DNA of 37,752 nt from the NCBI GenBank assembly GCA_051382335.1, contig JBBCAX010000133.1, forward strand, positions 1 through 37,752, given 5' to 3'. The DNA comes from Deltaproteobacteria bacterium TL4. GTDB taxonomy: Bacteria; SAR324; NAC60-12. The translations under genes and the position numbers were made by a program. This document shows positions 29,100 to 37,631 of the stretch, one piece after another (position 1 is the first letter of the stretch; each line of letters begins with the position of its first letter). The notes beneath the pieces were generated by a model. The model worked only from the letters and a program-made list of their open reading frames with translations. It did not search any database and was not told the DNA's origin.

Positions 29100-31255
29100 G
29101 TCACCTCCTTTACTGGGTTATTCTTCATCTTTGCCGCTTCGGTAAGTTTTTCAATAAGGTCATTCAACGATGCTGTCGCCAACTTCCGCTCTCTGGTTTT
29201 CAGATTCTGGATTAACCTGTCCAAATCAGGAATCCGTTCAGCCATGACGGCTCCTCGATATATCGGATTCCAGGTTTTGCCAAGTACCTTCTGACTGGCC
29301 TTGACACTGGATATGGCTTCCCTTCCGGCGTTCTCGAGATCTTTCAAGATGGCTTCAGTGCTCTGATAATCAAATTGTCCCAGTTGTCGTCCTATCTCCG
29401 CCAAGATCGTCCAATCCTGGCGTGCGTTTCCCGGAGGCTTGGACGCAGAAACCAGAGATAGCTTTTTCCCTTCCAAATTAAAAACAGTGCCGGAGTCCTC
29501 GGTAAAACTGGCCGCGGGCAGGATCACGGTCGCTTTGTCAATCCACAGGGAAGGATAAGGCGTTTGGTAGATCACATCAGGTACGTTTTCGAATCCTTCA
29601 AGGGCCACAGATCCATCGGTGATGTAAAGGAGATCAATTTTTCCTTCCTTTGCTGCTTGACGCAAAGCCTCCATATCGGATCCCGCTCTTGGAAAACAAC
29701 CCGCCTCAACCATCCCAACTTCATTACCCTGAGCAAAAAGAGGGATCCATTTTGCGTTCAGTTGGTTCAAAGTCTTGATTACAGCGACAGGGTCTTTGGC
29801 AGCAAGGATACCGGAACCCATTAAGACGCATCCTTCACCTTTCAACAGAGGCGCGACGTCTTGATCTTTTCCATCGATGATGCTTTCCAGAAAGGAAACA
29901 AGGTTTTCAGGATTTGTATCTTTTTGAACAGAGGCCCAGCGAAGCAGATTGACACCCACCTCTCCCAACACGATCAGCGGCGCACCGGTTTTGACAGCGG
30001 TATAGCAAGATTTGGCCACCACCTGGTGAGAGACAAGAAAATCTCCGCCGACAGACAGGATCCACTTTGCCTGCTCCAGTTCTTTGAGACTTCCCAAAGA
30101 AGCGCGGTCCATGTTTCCAAAAATTAAACTGGAGAAGTCAGAGCCGACAAAGTCGAGATAGGAAACGTTGGTGTCTGGCCTCCTGGCAAGCTTCTTATAA
30201 AGATAGGCTGCTTCAGAGGTGAGCTGCGGTCCTGCGATGAAACCCGTCTTTTCTGCCGAAGTTTTCCGTAACAGTTCGACGGCTTTAGCTATTGCGTCGT
30301 TCCATGAGACTGGAACGATCCCATTATCAATTCGAATTTTAGGTTTCTTAATTCTATCAGGTGCATTGACTAGCGTGGGAATACAGAATTTTCCGAGAGC
30401 ACAAAGATGACCGTTGTTGACACTCTTCTCATCGCAAGAGGCACGGGAGGCCATGACTTTATCCCATTTGACATCCAGGACCACACGACATCCTGTGGCG
30501 CAAAGAAGACAGGTTGTTTCTACTTGGGAATCCGGCTTCCCATGCCATTTTGTCATTTTCGGTGAGAGGGAGCCGGTAGGACAAACATCGAGGCAAGCGC
30601 CACAAAACCAACAGCCACTCTCGAGGTGAGAACAACCAAAGGCGGTTGAAACTCTGGTTTCGTGTCCCCGTTTTGTTAAACAAATCGCTTCAGTTCCACG
30701 TGTATTAGCACAGATTCTGACACATTTTCCGCACAGAACACAGAGATTGTAGTCTCTATCAAAGAAAGGGTCCTCTCGCTCCACCGGAATTTCCTGATAC
30801 ACAGGAACAAACCGGATGTTATCAAATTTTAGAAAACTGGCTATTTTCCGAAGAGGACAACCTTCCAGATTAGGGCAAGTGGTACATCCGGTCACCTTTC
30901 CCGCTTTGTGGGGTTCCGGGCGATATTTATGACACATATCCCAGGTTTCACAGACGAGACAACCGCTGGGATGTTCCACCATCAGCAATTCGAAAATGTT
31001 TCGTTTCAGTTTCAGCAGATCCTCACTGTTGGTGGTGATCTTCATGCCTTCTGTCGCTGTGGTAGTGCAAGCGGCTGGGAATCCCCGCAGGCCTTCAATC
31101 TTGACCAAACACAGTCGACACCCGCCATAGGGGTGAAGCTCAGGGTGTTCGCAGAGAGTTGGAATATAAACTCCGGCTGCCCGTGCAACCTCCAATACGG
31201 ATTGGCGTTCTTCGCCCAATTCGATCTTTTTTCCATCCAGGGTCAAGCTTTGCAT
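29096..31255 (-). CDS. NuoG/FdhA-like multi-FeS subunit with degenerate molybdopterin domain
   Basis: 2Fe-2S (IPTLC..GGCRLC..AC), HxxxCxxC, CVLCGKCVRIC, CWFCGACLDVCP, TCLLCATGC..LC; no H-cluster motifs. Confidence 0.82.
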   Translation of the reverse strand: MQSLTLDGKKIELGEERQSVLEVARAAGVYIPTLCEHPELHPYGGCRLCLVKIEGLRGFPAACTTTATEGMKITTNSEDLLKLKRNIFELLMVEHPSGCLVCETWDMCHKYRPEPHKAGKVTGCTTCPNLEGCPLRKIASFLKFDNIRFVPVYQEIPVEREDPFFDRDYNLCVLCGKCVRICANTRGTEAICLTKRGHETRVSTAFGCSHLESGCWFCGACLDVCPTGSLSPKMTKWHGKPDSQVETTCLLCATGCRVVLDVKWDKVMASRASCDEKSVNNGHLCALGKFCIPTLVNAPDRIKKPKIRIDNGIVPVSWNDAIAKAVELLRKTSAEKTGFIAGPQLTSEAAYLYKKLARRPDTNVSYLDFVGSDFSSLIFGNMDRASLGSLKELEQAKWILSVGGDFLVSHQVVAKSCYTAVKTGAPLIVLGEVGVNLLRWASVQKDTNPENLVSFLESIIDGKDQDVAPLLKGEGCVLMGSGILAAKDPVAVIKTLNQLNAKWIPLFAQGNEVGMVEAGCFPRAGSDMEALRQAAKEGKIDLLYITDGSVALEGFENVPDVIYQTPYPSLWIDKATVILPAASFTEDSGTVFNLEGKKLSLVSASKPPGNARQDWTILAEIGRQLGQFDYQSTEAILKDLENAGREAISSVKASQKVLGKTWNPIYRGAVMAERIPDLDRLIQNLKTRERKLATASLNDLIEKLTEAAKMKNNPVKEVT

Positions 31256-31315
31256 TGTCTCCTTACCTTCTCATGTCATCTCAATTCTGGTTGCTTTGCT
31301 TAACAAAAACGCACG

Positions 31316-33184
31316 CTAATATAAGTTTGTCAGTCTGATCGCGCTTTTACTGGCCGGACAAACTTGATAACAGGCCCCACATTTGACACAGGTTTCTTCC
31401 CTGATGAGGTGTCTGTCCTTCTTTTCACCGCTGATGGCTCCGGCAGGGCATATTTTCTTACAGGCTCCGCAACCGTCGCAATTATCTGGTAAGATCACAT
31501 ATTTGATCAAATCATGGCAAACCAGAGCCGCACATTTTTTTTCTTTGATATGTGCTTCGTATTCATTTCGGAAATAGCGCAGGGTTGTCCGCACGGGATT
31601 AGGCGCGGATTGACCTAAGCCACAGAGGGATCCGTTAGTAATCGTGCCAGACAGTTCTTCAAGAACCTCAAGGTCTTTCATCTCGCCCTGACCTGAACGA
31701 ATCTTGGTCAGGATGTCTTTCATCAGTTTTGTGCCTATGCGGCAAGGTGGACATTTTCCACAAGATTCGTAGCCGGTAAAACTAAGGAAGTAGTGCGCCA
31801 CGTCCACCATACAGGTATTTTTATCCATGACCACCAATCCCCCAGAACCCATGATGGATCCGGCTCGGGTCAACGCTTCATAATCAACACCCAGTTCTAT
31901 CATGTCAGCAGGAATACATCCGCCGGAAGGGCCTCCGGTCTGGATGGCTTTAAAGGCTTTATCTTCCAAGATGCCTCCTCCAATATCATAAACGATCTGC
32001 CGGATTGAGGTTCCCAAGGGAACTTCAATCAAACCGGTTCGCTTGATTTTTCCAACCAACGCAAACGTCTTTGTGCCCTTGGCCGCCTCACTGCCATATC
32101 CGGAATACCATGCGGATCCGTTTCGAATGATGCTTGCTATGGTTCCCAATGTTTCCACATTGTTGATCGTGGTGGGATAGCCCCACAAGCCTTTTTCAGC
32201 GGGGAACGGGGGACGGGGCCGCGGCATACCGCGTTCACCTTCAATAGACGCAATGAGTGCGGTTTCCTCTCCACACACGAAGGCTCCCGCACCCTCCTTA
32301 ATTCGGATTTCGAAGGAAAACGAGGAACCCAGAATGTTGGTTCCGGTAAGATGATATTGCTTCATTTGAGCAATGGCTGTTTTCAATCGCTCAATGGCCA
32401 AGGGATATTCAGCACGGATGTAAATGTATCCAACGCTGGCACCAATGGCATAACCGGCAATGGTGAGTCCTTCCAACATTGCGTGAGGATCGCTTTCGAG
32501 GAGAGAGCGGTTCATAAACGCCCCGGGGTCTCCCTCATCAGCGTTGCAGATCATGTATTTCTTGTCAGCCTGGTTGTTACGACAAAAGCTCCATTTCAGG
32601 CCTGTGGGAAAACCTGCCCCGCCTCGACCTCGGATTCCCGATTTTTTTATTTCCTCAATCACGGCTTCCGGTTCCAGGCCCAACGCTTTCTGCAGTCCCC
32701 GATAACCCTCATTGGCGACATAATGCTCAATCAGGTTTGGAGCAATGATTCCACAATTTCTCAGCACAATTCGGGTTTGCGGTTTCAACATCGGGTGTTC
32801 TGTGATGTTTGGAATCCCCTCAATCTCTGAACCCAAGGTGCCCAGAAGGTTTCTGTGAACATATTTTTTGTTTTGGAGAACCTCCTTCAACAAGACAGGG
32901 ACCTCTCTCTCGCTAACATTGCCATAGATTGCGGGAGGGTTTCCATGCGCCTGGATATAGAGCATGGGTTCATAACAGCACATTCCAAGACAGCCAACCT
33001 CAACAATATCCACAGATTGGTTTTCGGATTCCAAGTATTTTTTGATTGCGGCTATAACTTTATCCACACCCGCGGCCTTGCCGCAGGATGCGGTTCCCAC
33101 GTAAAGCACCGGATGTTTGCTCTTCAGCTCGGTTAAGCGTTGATGCGATCGTTTCTGTAGTTCAGTGAATGGCGTTGTATTCAC
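31316..33184 (-). CDS. NuoF/HydB-like NADH-binding flavoprotein
   Basis: GRGGAGFPTGLKW, NADEGDPGAFM, GAFVCGEETAL, GGPSGGC, ESCGKCPPCR, C-terminal 2x[4Fe-4S]. Confidence 0.93.
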   Translation of the reverse strand: MNTTPFTELQKRSHQRLTELKSKHPVLYVGTASCGKAAGVDKVIAAIKKYLESENQSVDIVEVGCLGMCCYEPMLYIQAHGNPPAIYGNVSEREVPVLLKEVLQNKKYVHRNLLGTLGSEIEGIPNITEHPMLKPQTRIVLRNCGIIAPNLIEHYVANEGYRGLQKALGLEPEAVIEEIKKSGIRGRGGAGFPTGLKWSFCRNNQADKKYMICNADEGDPGAFMNRSLLESDPHAMLEGLTIAGYAIGASVGYIYIRAEYPLAIERLKTAIAQMKQYHLTGTNILGSSFSFEIRIKEGAGAFVCGEETALIASIEGERGMPRPRPPFPAEKGLWGYPTTINNVETLGTIASIIRNGSAWYSGYGSEAAKGTKTFALVGKIKRTGLIEVPLGTSIRQIVYDIGGGILEDKAFKAIQTGGPSGGCIPADMIELGVDYEALTRAGSIMGSGGLVVMDKNTCMVDVAHYFLSFTGYESCGKCPPCRIGTKLMKDILTKIRSGQGEMKDLEVLEELSGTITNGSLCGLGQSAPNPVRTTLRYFRNEYEAHIKEKKCAALVCHDLIKYVILPDNCDGCGACKKICPAGAISGEKKDRHLIREETCVKCGACYQVCPASKSAIRLTNLY

Positions 33185-33223
33185 TTCTCCTCTCTTTATT
33201 GATTATTGGGGGTTCCTACTCCA

Positions 33224-33673
33224 TCAACTGGTTTCGGTGGAAGTCTTATACTTTTTTAAAGTCCGTTTGATGCTTGTCTGGGATACCTTCCCATAGAGAT
33301 CATCAGCAACAACCATGACAGGAGCCACGGCACAGCAACCAAGACAGGCGACCCGTTCCAGACCGAATTCACCGTCAGAAGTGGTTTCCCCCGTTTTCAC
33401 ACCGAGTTCCTGCTCCAGAATATTAAGCAGGTTTTCACCACCCCCTACATGACAGGCCGTTCCCAGACAAACCTTTATCTGATGTTTCCCTGGTCTGTTC
33501 AGTCTAAACTGGGAATAAAAAGTAGCAACCCCGAAGATCCTCTGTTTGCTGACCTTCAGTTTGTCCGCCAGCCAATCGACAGCCGCAGGATGAATGTAAC
33601 CTAATTTTTCCTGAATTTCCTGAAGCAGGGGAATAATTTCTGCTGTGGAAACCCCTTCTGTTTGCTTACTCAT
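33224..33673 (-). CDS. NuoE/HydC-like 2Fe-2S subunit
   Basis: GVATFYSQF, VCLGTACHV, ACLGCC..APV. Confidence 0.92.
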   Translation of the reverse strand: MSKQTEGVSTAEIIPLLQEIQEKLGYIHPAAVDWLADKLKVSKQRIFGVATFYSQFRLNRPGKHQIKVCLGTACHVGGGENLLNILEQELGVKTGETTSDGEFGLERVACLGCCAVAPVMVVADDLYGKVSQTSIKRTLKKYKTSTETS

Positions 33674-33825
33674 GCGTTTTTTCTCAATTCAAATTTAAAC
33701 TAAGGAATAACGGTTTGGATGACCAGAACTCTCTCAACATATCAGATCTCTGTGGTACTCTTCAAGGTTTTTAGAGATCCTCCGTTTTTTTATGAAAGTT
33801 GGGCATTGAGATCATCGAATCTTTT

Positions 33826-33855
33826 AACATAAAATTGCACTGCTTCTTCTGTCAA
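33826..33855 (-). promoter_or_regulatory. Candidate sigma70 promoter for the nuoEFG-like/nfnAB operon
   Basis: TTGACA-N18-TATGTT on the minus strand, about 150 bp upstream of the first gene. Confidence 0.35.
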
Positions 33856-33958
33856 GACACCCATTCAGCTTTTCCCACACCTCATATTTGAGTTTTCCTG
33901 CTAAGTGGAATTTTAGATATGTAATCAGTGAATTAAAAAATAAAGACAACCAATGGAG

Positions 33959-35107
33959 TCACAATTTGGATTTTTCAATTACGGTATTGGCCAGGTGCTC
34001 CAGGATTTGTACTGCATAGATCAAACTCGCGAAACGCTTATCTTTGGTTTGTCCATGGAAGTAGCGGTAATAAATTTGTTGAGCAATTCCTGCTAAACGA
34101 AAAAGACCAAAGGTGTAATAGAAATCAAAGTTGTCGATGGCTATTCCTGATTTTTTCGCATAAGAGTCTATGACTTCCTGACGAGTCATGGCACCCTCTT
34201 CCGCAGTCGGCAACCTGCGAATCATTTGCATCGGACTGGAATCATTCTTCTCAATCCAATAGCCGAGGGAACTCCCCAGATCCATCAAGGGATCACCGAT
34301 TGTTGTCATTTCCCAATCTAAAACACCTATAATTTGGGTAGGATTGTTTTCATCCAAAACCACATTATCGAACTTATAATCATTGTGGATGAGGGTCGCT
34401 TTGGGTGAGTTGAAAGGAATATGATCGTTCAGCCATTGTATGATGGACTCAAAGGTAGGAGCATCTTGTGTGCGTGCCGTCGTATAGCGTTCACTCCAAC
34501 CTTCGATTTGTCGTTGAACATAACCCTCAGGATGCCCCAAATCCTCCAGACCTGCCGCTTGATAATCAATCGAGTGCAAAGCCACATGGACATCAATCAG
34601 ATTTTCGCATAATTGCCTCATCGCCGTAGGTGAGTAGGATAAACCCTTGGGAAGATCTTTTCTTAAAATGATTCCATTGATTCGTTCCATAACGTAAAAG
34701 GGCGCGCCGATGATGGACTCATCTTCAGCGTAAACCAAGGGTTTGGGGCAATACTTAAATACCTTTCCAATACCGTTTAAAATCTTATATTCTCGTCCCA
34801 TATCATGCGCCGTTTTCGCCTTTCTGCCAAAGGGCGGACGTCTTAAAACGAAATCTTTGTTTCCGATACGAATAAGGTAAGTCAGGTTGGAGTAGCCTGA
34901 AGGAAACTGCTGTACAGAGAGTTTGCCTTCCGTTCCGGGAATACTGTCTTTGAGGAATAGTTCCAATTGATTTAAATCCAGTTCTTCTCCAGTTCTAACT
35001 TCTGTTGGGTTATCAATAAGAATCTCGGAAGACGATTCAGCGTGAGTCCTTGGCGTTGGGGCTTTAGGTTTTATTGATTGTATAGGCTCTGGTATCTCAA
35101 AATTCAT
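33959..35107 (-). CDS. APH/choline-kinase-like phosphotransferase (ACAD10/11 N-terminal type)
   Basis: GYSNLTY, VLRRPP, AHDMGRE, HNDYKFDN, LDWEM..GDPL.DLG; AGGAG RBS. Confidence 0.9.
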   Translation of the reverse strand: MNFEIPEPIQSIKPKAPTPRTHAESSSEILIDNPTEVRTGEELDLNQLELFLKDSIPGTEGKLSVQQFPSGYSNLTYLIRIGNKDFVLRRPPFGRKAKTAHDMGREYKILNGIGKVFKYCPKPLVYAEDESIIGAPFYVMERINGIILRKDLPKGLSYSPTAMRQLCENLIDVHVALHSIDYQAAGLEDLGHPEGYVQRQIEGWSERYTTARTQDAPTFESIIQWLNDHIPFNSPKATLIHNDYKFDNVVLDENNPTQIIGVLDWEMTTIGDPLMDLGSSLGYWIEKNDSSPMQMIRRLPTAEEGAMTRQEVIDSYAKKSGIAIDNFDFYYTFGLFRLAGIAQQIYYRYFHGQTKDKRFASLIYAVQILEHLANTVIEKSKL

Positions 35108-35230
35108 AATAGTCTCCTGACAAAAGGGGATTGCAATTTACGGCTTGGACCATAACTCAATCAGAAACTCAAAGGAATAGACATCTTTCCTAAATAAACG
35201 CTGGATTTTAGCGGGTTTGCAGGAACCCTG

Positions 35231-35567
35231 GCAGGGTGCCACTTAAGCGAAGCAAGCGCGCCACTCAAGGTAGGGTGCCGCTTAAGCGAAGCGAGCGCAC
35301 CACTCAAGGTAGGGTGCCCAAGGTAGGGTGCCGCTTAAGCGAAGCGAGTGCACCACTCAAGGTAGGGGCCGCTTAAGCGAAGCGAGCGCACCACTCAAGG
35401 TAGGGTGCCCAAGGTAGGGTGCCGCTTAAGCGAAGCGAGCGCACCAGAAAGCCGCCATCCCCTTATTTATGGTGCGCTCGCTTCGCTTAAGCGGCACCCT
35501 ACTGGTCAACTCTTATCGACAGCGGCTGGATTTATGGTGCGCTCGCTTCGCTTAAGCGGCACCCTAC
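35231..35567. repeat. GTAG-type REP array: five direct copies, two partial copies and two inverted copies of GTAGGGTGCCGCTTAAGCGAAGCGAGCGCACCA
   Basis: Copies start at 35231, 35270, 35323, 35362 and 35414; inverted copies at 35470-35502 and 35535-35567. Confidence 0.88.
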
Positions 35568-35607
35568 TTATGCTTATCACCTATTCTCGGAGAGCCACTT
35601 GGACGAG

Positions 35608-36651
35608 TTAATTGAAAACCTCTTCGATTTTTGTCGCGGTTATAATACGTTCCAATAAGAGTTCAATTTCTTCTAAACGACACTGATTGAGTTGACTTTG
35701 ATATAAATTATATGCTTGATCTCCAAACTTTTTCCGTAATAGCCGACCCAATAAAATAATTTCTCCTTCTTCTCGGCCTTTTTCAATGCCTTTTTCAATG
35801 CCTTTTTCAATGCCTTTTTCAATGCCTTTTTCAATGCCTTTTTCAATGCCTTTTTCAATGCCTTCTTCTCGGCCTTCTTCTCGGCCTTCTTCTCGGCCTT
35901 TTTCGATGCCTTCTTCCCTGCCTTTTTCGATGCCTTTTGCCAAGGCTTCATAATAGATTTTGGGGAAAAGTAAGGCGGATACCGATTGAACATCGGGATT
36001 ATCCCTTAAAAAATCTGCTTTGGTATACATATTCGACTCCATGATTCCATAATACTCGATTAAACGGTAAAGGTATCTGCTGATCTCTTCAAACAGTCCA
36101 CGCTCCTGATAAAACTCTGGAAACTGGGTTAACACTTTTTCACGATCATTGGAAAACAAGGTTAACAGCGGATGCTGACTTTGTTGGGTGATTATAAACC
36201 GGACCGGACTCATTGTCGATAGCTTAAGATCATAAATCTCATTTTTTCGGATTTCTACCAGGGACTCCGTTCCTCTAAACGATTTCAACAGTTGAACCGG
36301 TTCATGATGGACCAGCGCGTACAGATTTACTTGCTGTTGAGCCAGTTGATGCTTTTTACGATAATTGGACGCGTGACCATATAATTCTTCTAAAGACACC
36401 CCGATAAACGACTCCCGGTGCGATTTGAAAGAAATCAGATTATGGTCATTCAACGGTTCAAAGGGGTGAAGGTATTCAGCGGGAAGAGTGCCCATCTGAG
36501 GGGAAGAAGAAGTCTTACGAACCACAGTCAAATCGATCAACTGCTTTTTGAACGATAAGTCCACCTCAACTTCGGTTTCATAGCCAAACCGTTCAAACAT
36601 CGGTTGAAGGATCAAGCCCATCAAACGATGCCAATCTATTTTCTTGCTCAT
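35608..36651 (-). CDS. Rpn-like / PD-(D/E)XK-type hypothetical protein with DUF4351-like tail
   Basis: Start MSKKIDWH with AGGAG RBS; ID..V and SFKS putative nuclease-fold motifs; (GIEK/GREE)n; C-terminal L.KKFG...LE.I.......EEVF. Confidence 0.65.
   Translation of the reverse strand: MSKKIDWHRLMGLILQPMFERFGYETEVEVDLSFKKQLIDLTVVRKTSSSPQMGTLPAEYLHPFEPLNDHNLISFKSHRESFIGVSLEELYGHASNYRKKHQLAQQQVNLYALVHHEPVQLLKSFRGTESLVEIRKNEIYDLKLSTMSPVRFIITQQSQHPLLTLFSNDREKVLTQFPEFYQERGLFEEISRYLYRLIEYYGIMESNMYTKADFLRDNPDVQSVSALLFPKIYYEALAKGIEKGREEGIEKGREEGREEGREEGIEKGIEKGIEKGIEKGIEKGIEKGIEKGREEGEIILLGRLLRKKFGDQAYNLYQSQLNQCRLEEIELLLERIITATKIEEVFN
35764..35937 (-). repeat. In-frame 12-bp tandem repeat encoding GIEK/GREE/GREK-type tetrapeptides
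   Basis: Seven consecutive near-identical GGCATTGAAAAA units plus flanking variants. Confidence 0.9.
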
Positions 36652-36770
36652 TTGAAACTCCTTAGGTTTTGGCGCATTACGTTCGCAACATGCATTAACC
36701 ACCCTACGTTTGTCCCTCCTTAAGCGGGTAGACGAGTGTCCGGATTGGTTTAAATGAGAAAGGAAGGGAT

Positions 36771-36917
36771 CACCACGACCTTCCCGTTTAGGTACCAGCC
36801 GTGGTGAATAAAAAAACTATTCGTCCGCTACTGCGGCACAGGATGAACCAGAAGCGGTTCGGGGCATGGGTACAGAGCAGGTATCCGTAAACACCTGCCA
36901 TCAGACAAACGCTCCGG
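36771..36917 (-). ncRNA. Putative DGR spacer RNA, 3' of the template repeat
   Basis: Hairpin GCAGGTGT-TTACGG-ATACCTGC (36877-36898) and stem CACCACGGC...GTCGTGGTG (36771-36806). Confidence 0.55.
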
Positions 36918-37043
36918 GCTGCACAAGCGGGCACCGAGGTTGTTGTTGGTATTGGACGGCGTATTGTTGTTACGCTTCGCCGACCGCACATTCGCGGCGT
37001 CATTGTTGAAACTGCCGCCACGATTCACACGGTTCGAGCCTGA
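36918..37043 (-). ncRNA. DGR template repeat (TR) for a CLec/FGE-sulfatase-fold target
   Basis: Reads SGSNRVNRGGSFNNDAANVRSAKRNNNTPSNTNNNLGARLCS with 12 AAY codons; lies 25 bp downstream of the RT stop. Confidence 0.92.
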
Positions 37044-37068
37044 ATACTCCTGTCACCCTCTTTCCTTC

Positions 37069-37631
37069 TTAAAGCAAATCAAAGCGTTCTTCAAGCGTCT
37101 TGTTAAAAAACTTTTGCCTGAGATGAAAGGTATTGGCCCATTTCAGGGATTCTTGCAGACCATTGACTGACTGGAAAAAATGTTCCTCAGAAAGCGCTCC
37201 TTGTCGCCATTGATGTTCTCGCTCTCTCAGTTTTTGTTCAAAGCGGCGCCATCGCTGTTTTTGCAGACGGATCGTCCCTCGAAAAATCCTGACGCCCAGA
37301 TAATCAATACCCTCTGAAACAGGAGCCAGCCTTGTGGCTTTGGGTTTGAGCGTTAACGCCAGTCGCTCTGTTAGAAACTGCTGGAGTTCAAAATGCAACT
37401 CTTGGAGCTGAGCTTTGCTTTTCGCAAAACACAGCAGGTCATCCATGTAGCGTACATACCCTTTAACGCTCAGTTCGCTCTTGATGAATTGATCCGCCTC
37501 ACTCAAATACAAATTTGCGAAATGCTGGCTGGTCAGATTCCCGATAGGAACACCCTTGCCTTGAGACGCGGAAGCGGGCAGCGGATGATCAATAATCTTG
37601 TCCAATAATTTTAGTAAAAAAAATCCCCGTG
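37069..37631 (-). CDS. DGR reverse transcriptase, C-terminal portion (3' exon or fragment)
   Basis: LLDKIIDH..GKGVPIGNLTSQHFANLYL (DGR-type SQ motif), YVRYMDD, GIDYLG; N-terminal RT subdomains absent. Confidence 0.9.

Noticed and set aside
29096..33673. Respiratory complex I, [FeFe]-hydrogenase or selenocysteine formate dehydrogenase
   Set aside because: No other nuo genes, no H-cluster motifs, no in-frame TGA and no catalytic Cys-His motif recognised.
35231..35567. CRISPR array
   Set aside because: Units are joined by a constant 6-bp linker rather than unique spacers, copies occur in both orientations, and no cas genes are present.
35405..35611. Short ORFs over repeats (also 18192-18389 and 16014-16238) and the many antisense ORFs within long genes
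   Set aside because: They overlap REP elements or well-supported genes and show no recognisable motifs.
35673..35993. Histone-like KKAL-repeat ORF
   Set aside because: Alternative-frame reading of the 12-bp repeat inside the Rpn-like gene.
36788..37028. ORFs 36828-37028 and 36788-37021 as protein genes
   Set aside because: They are translations of the template repeat and spacer; the Asn richness reflects AAY template codons.
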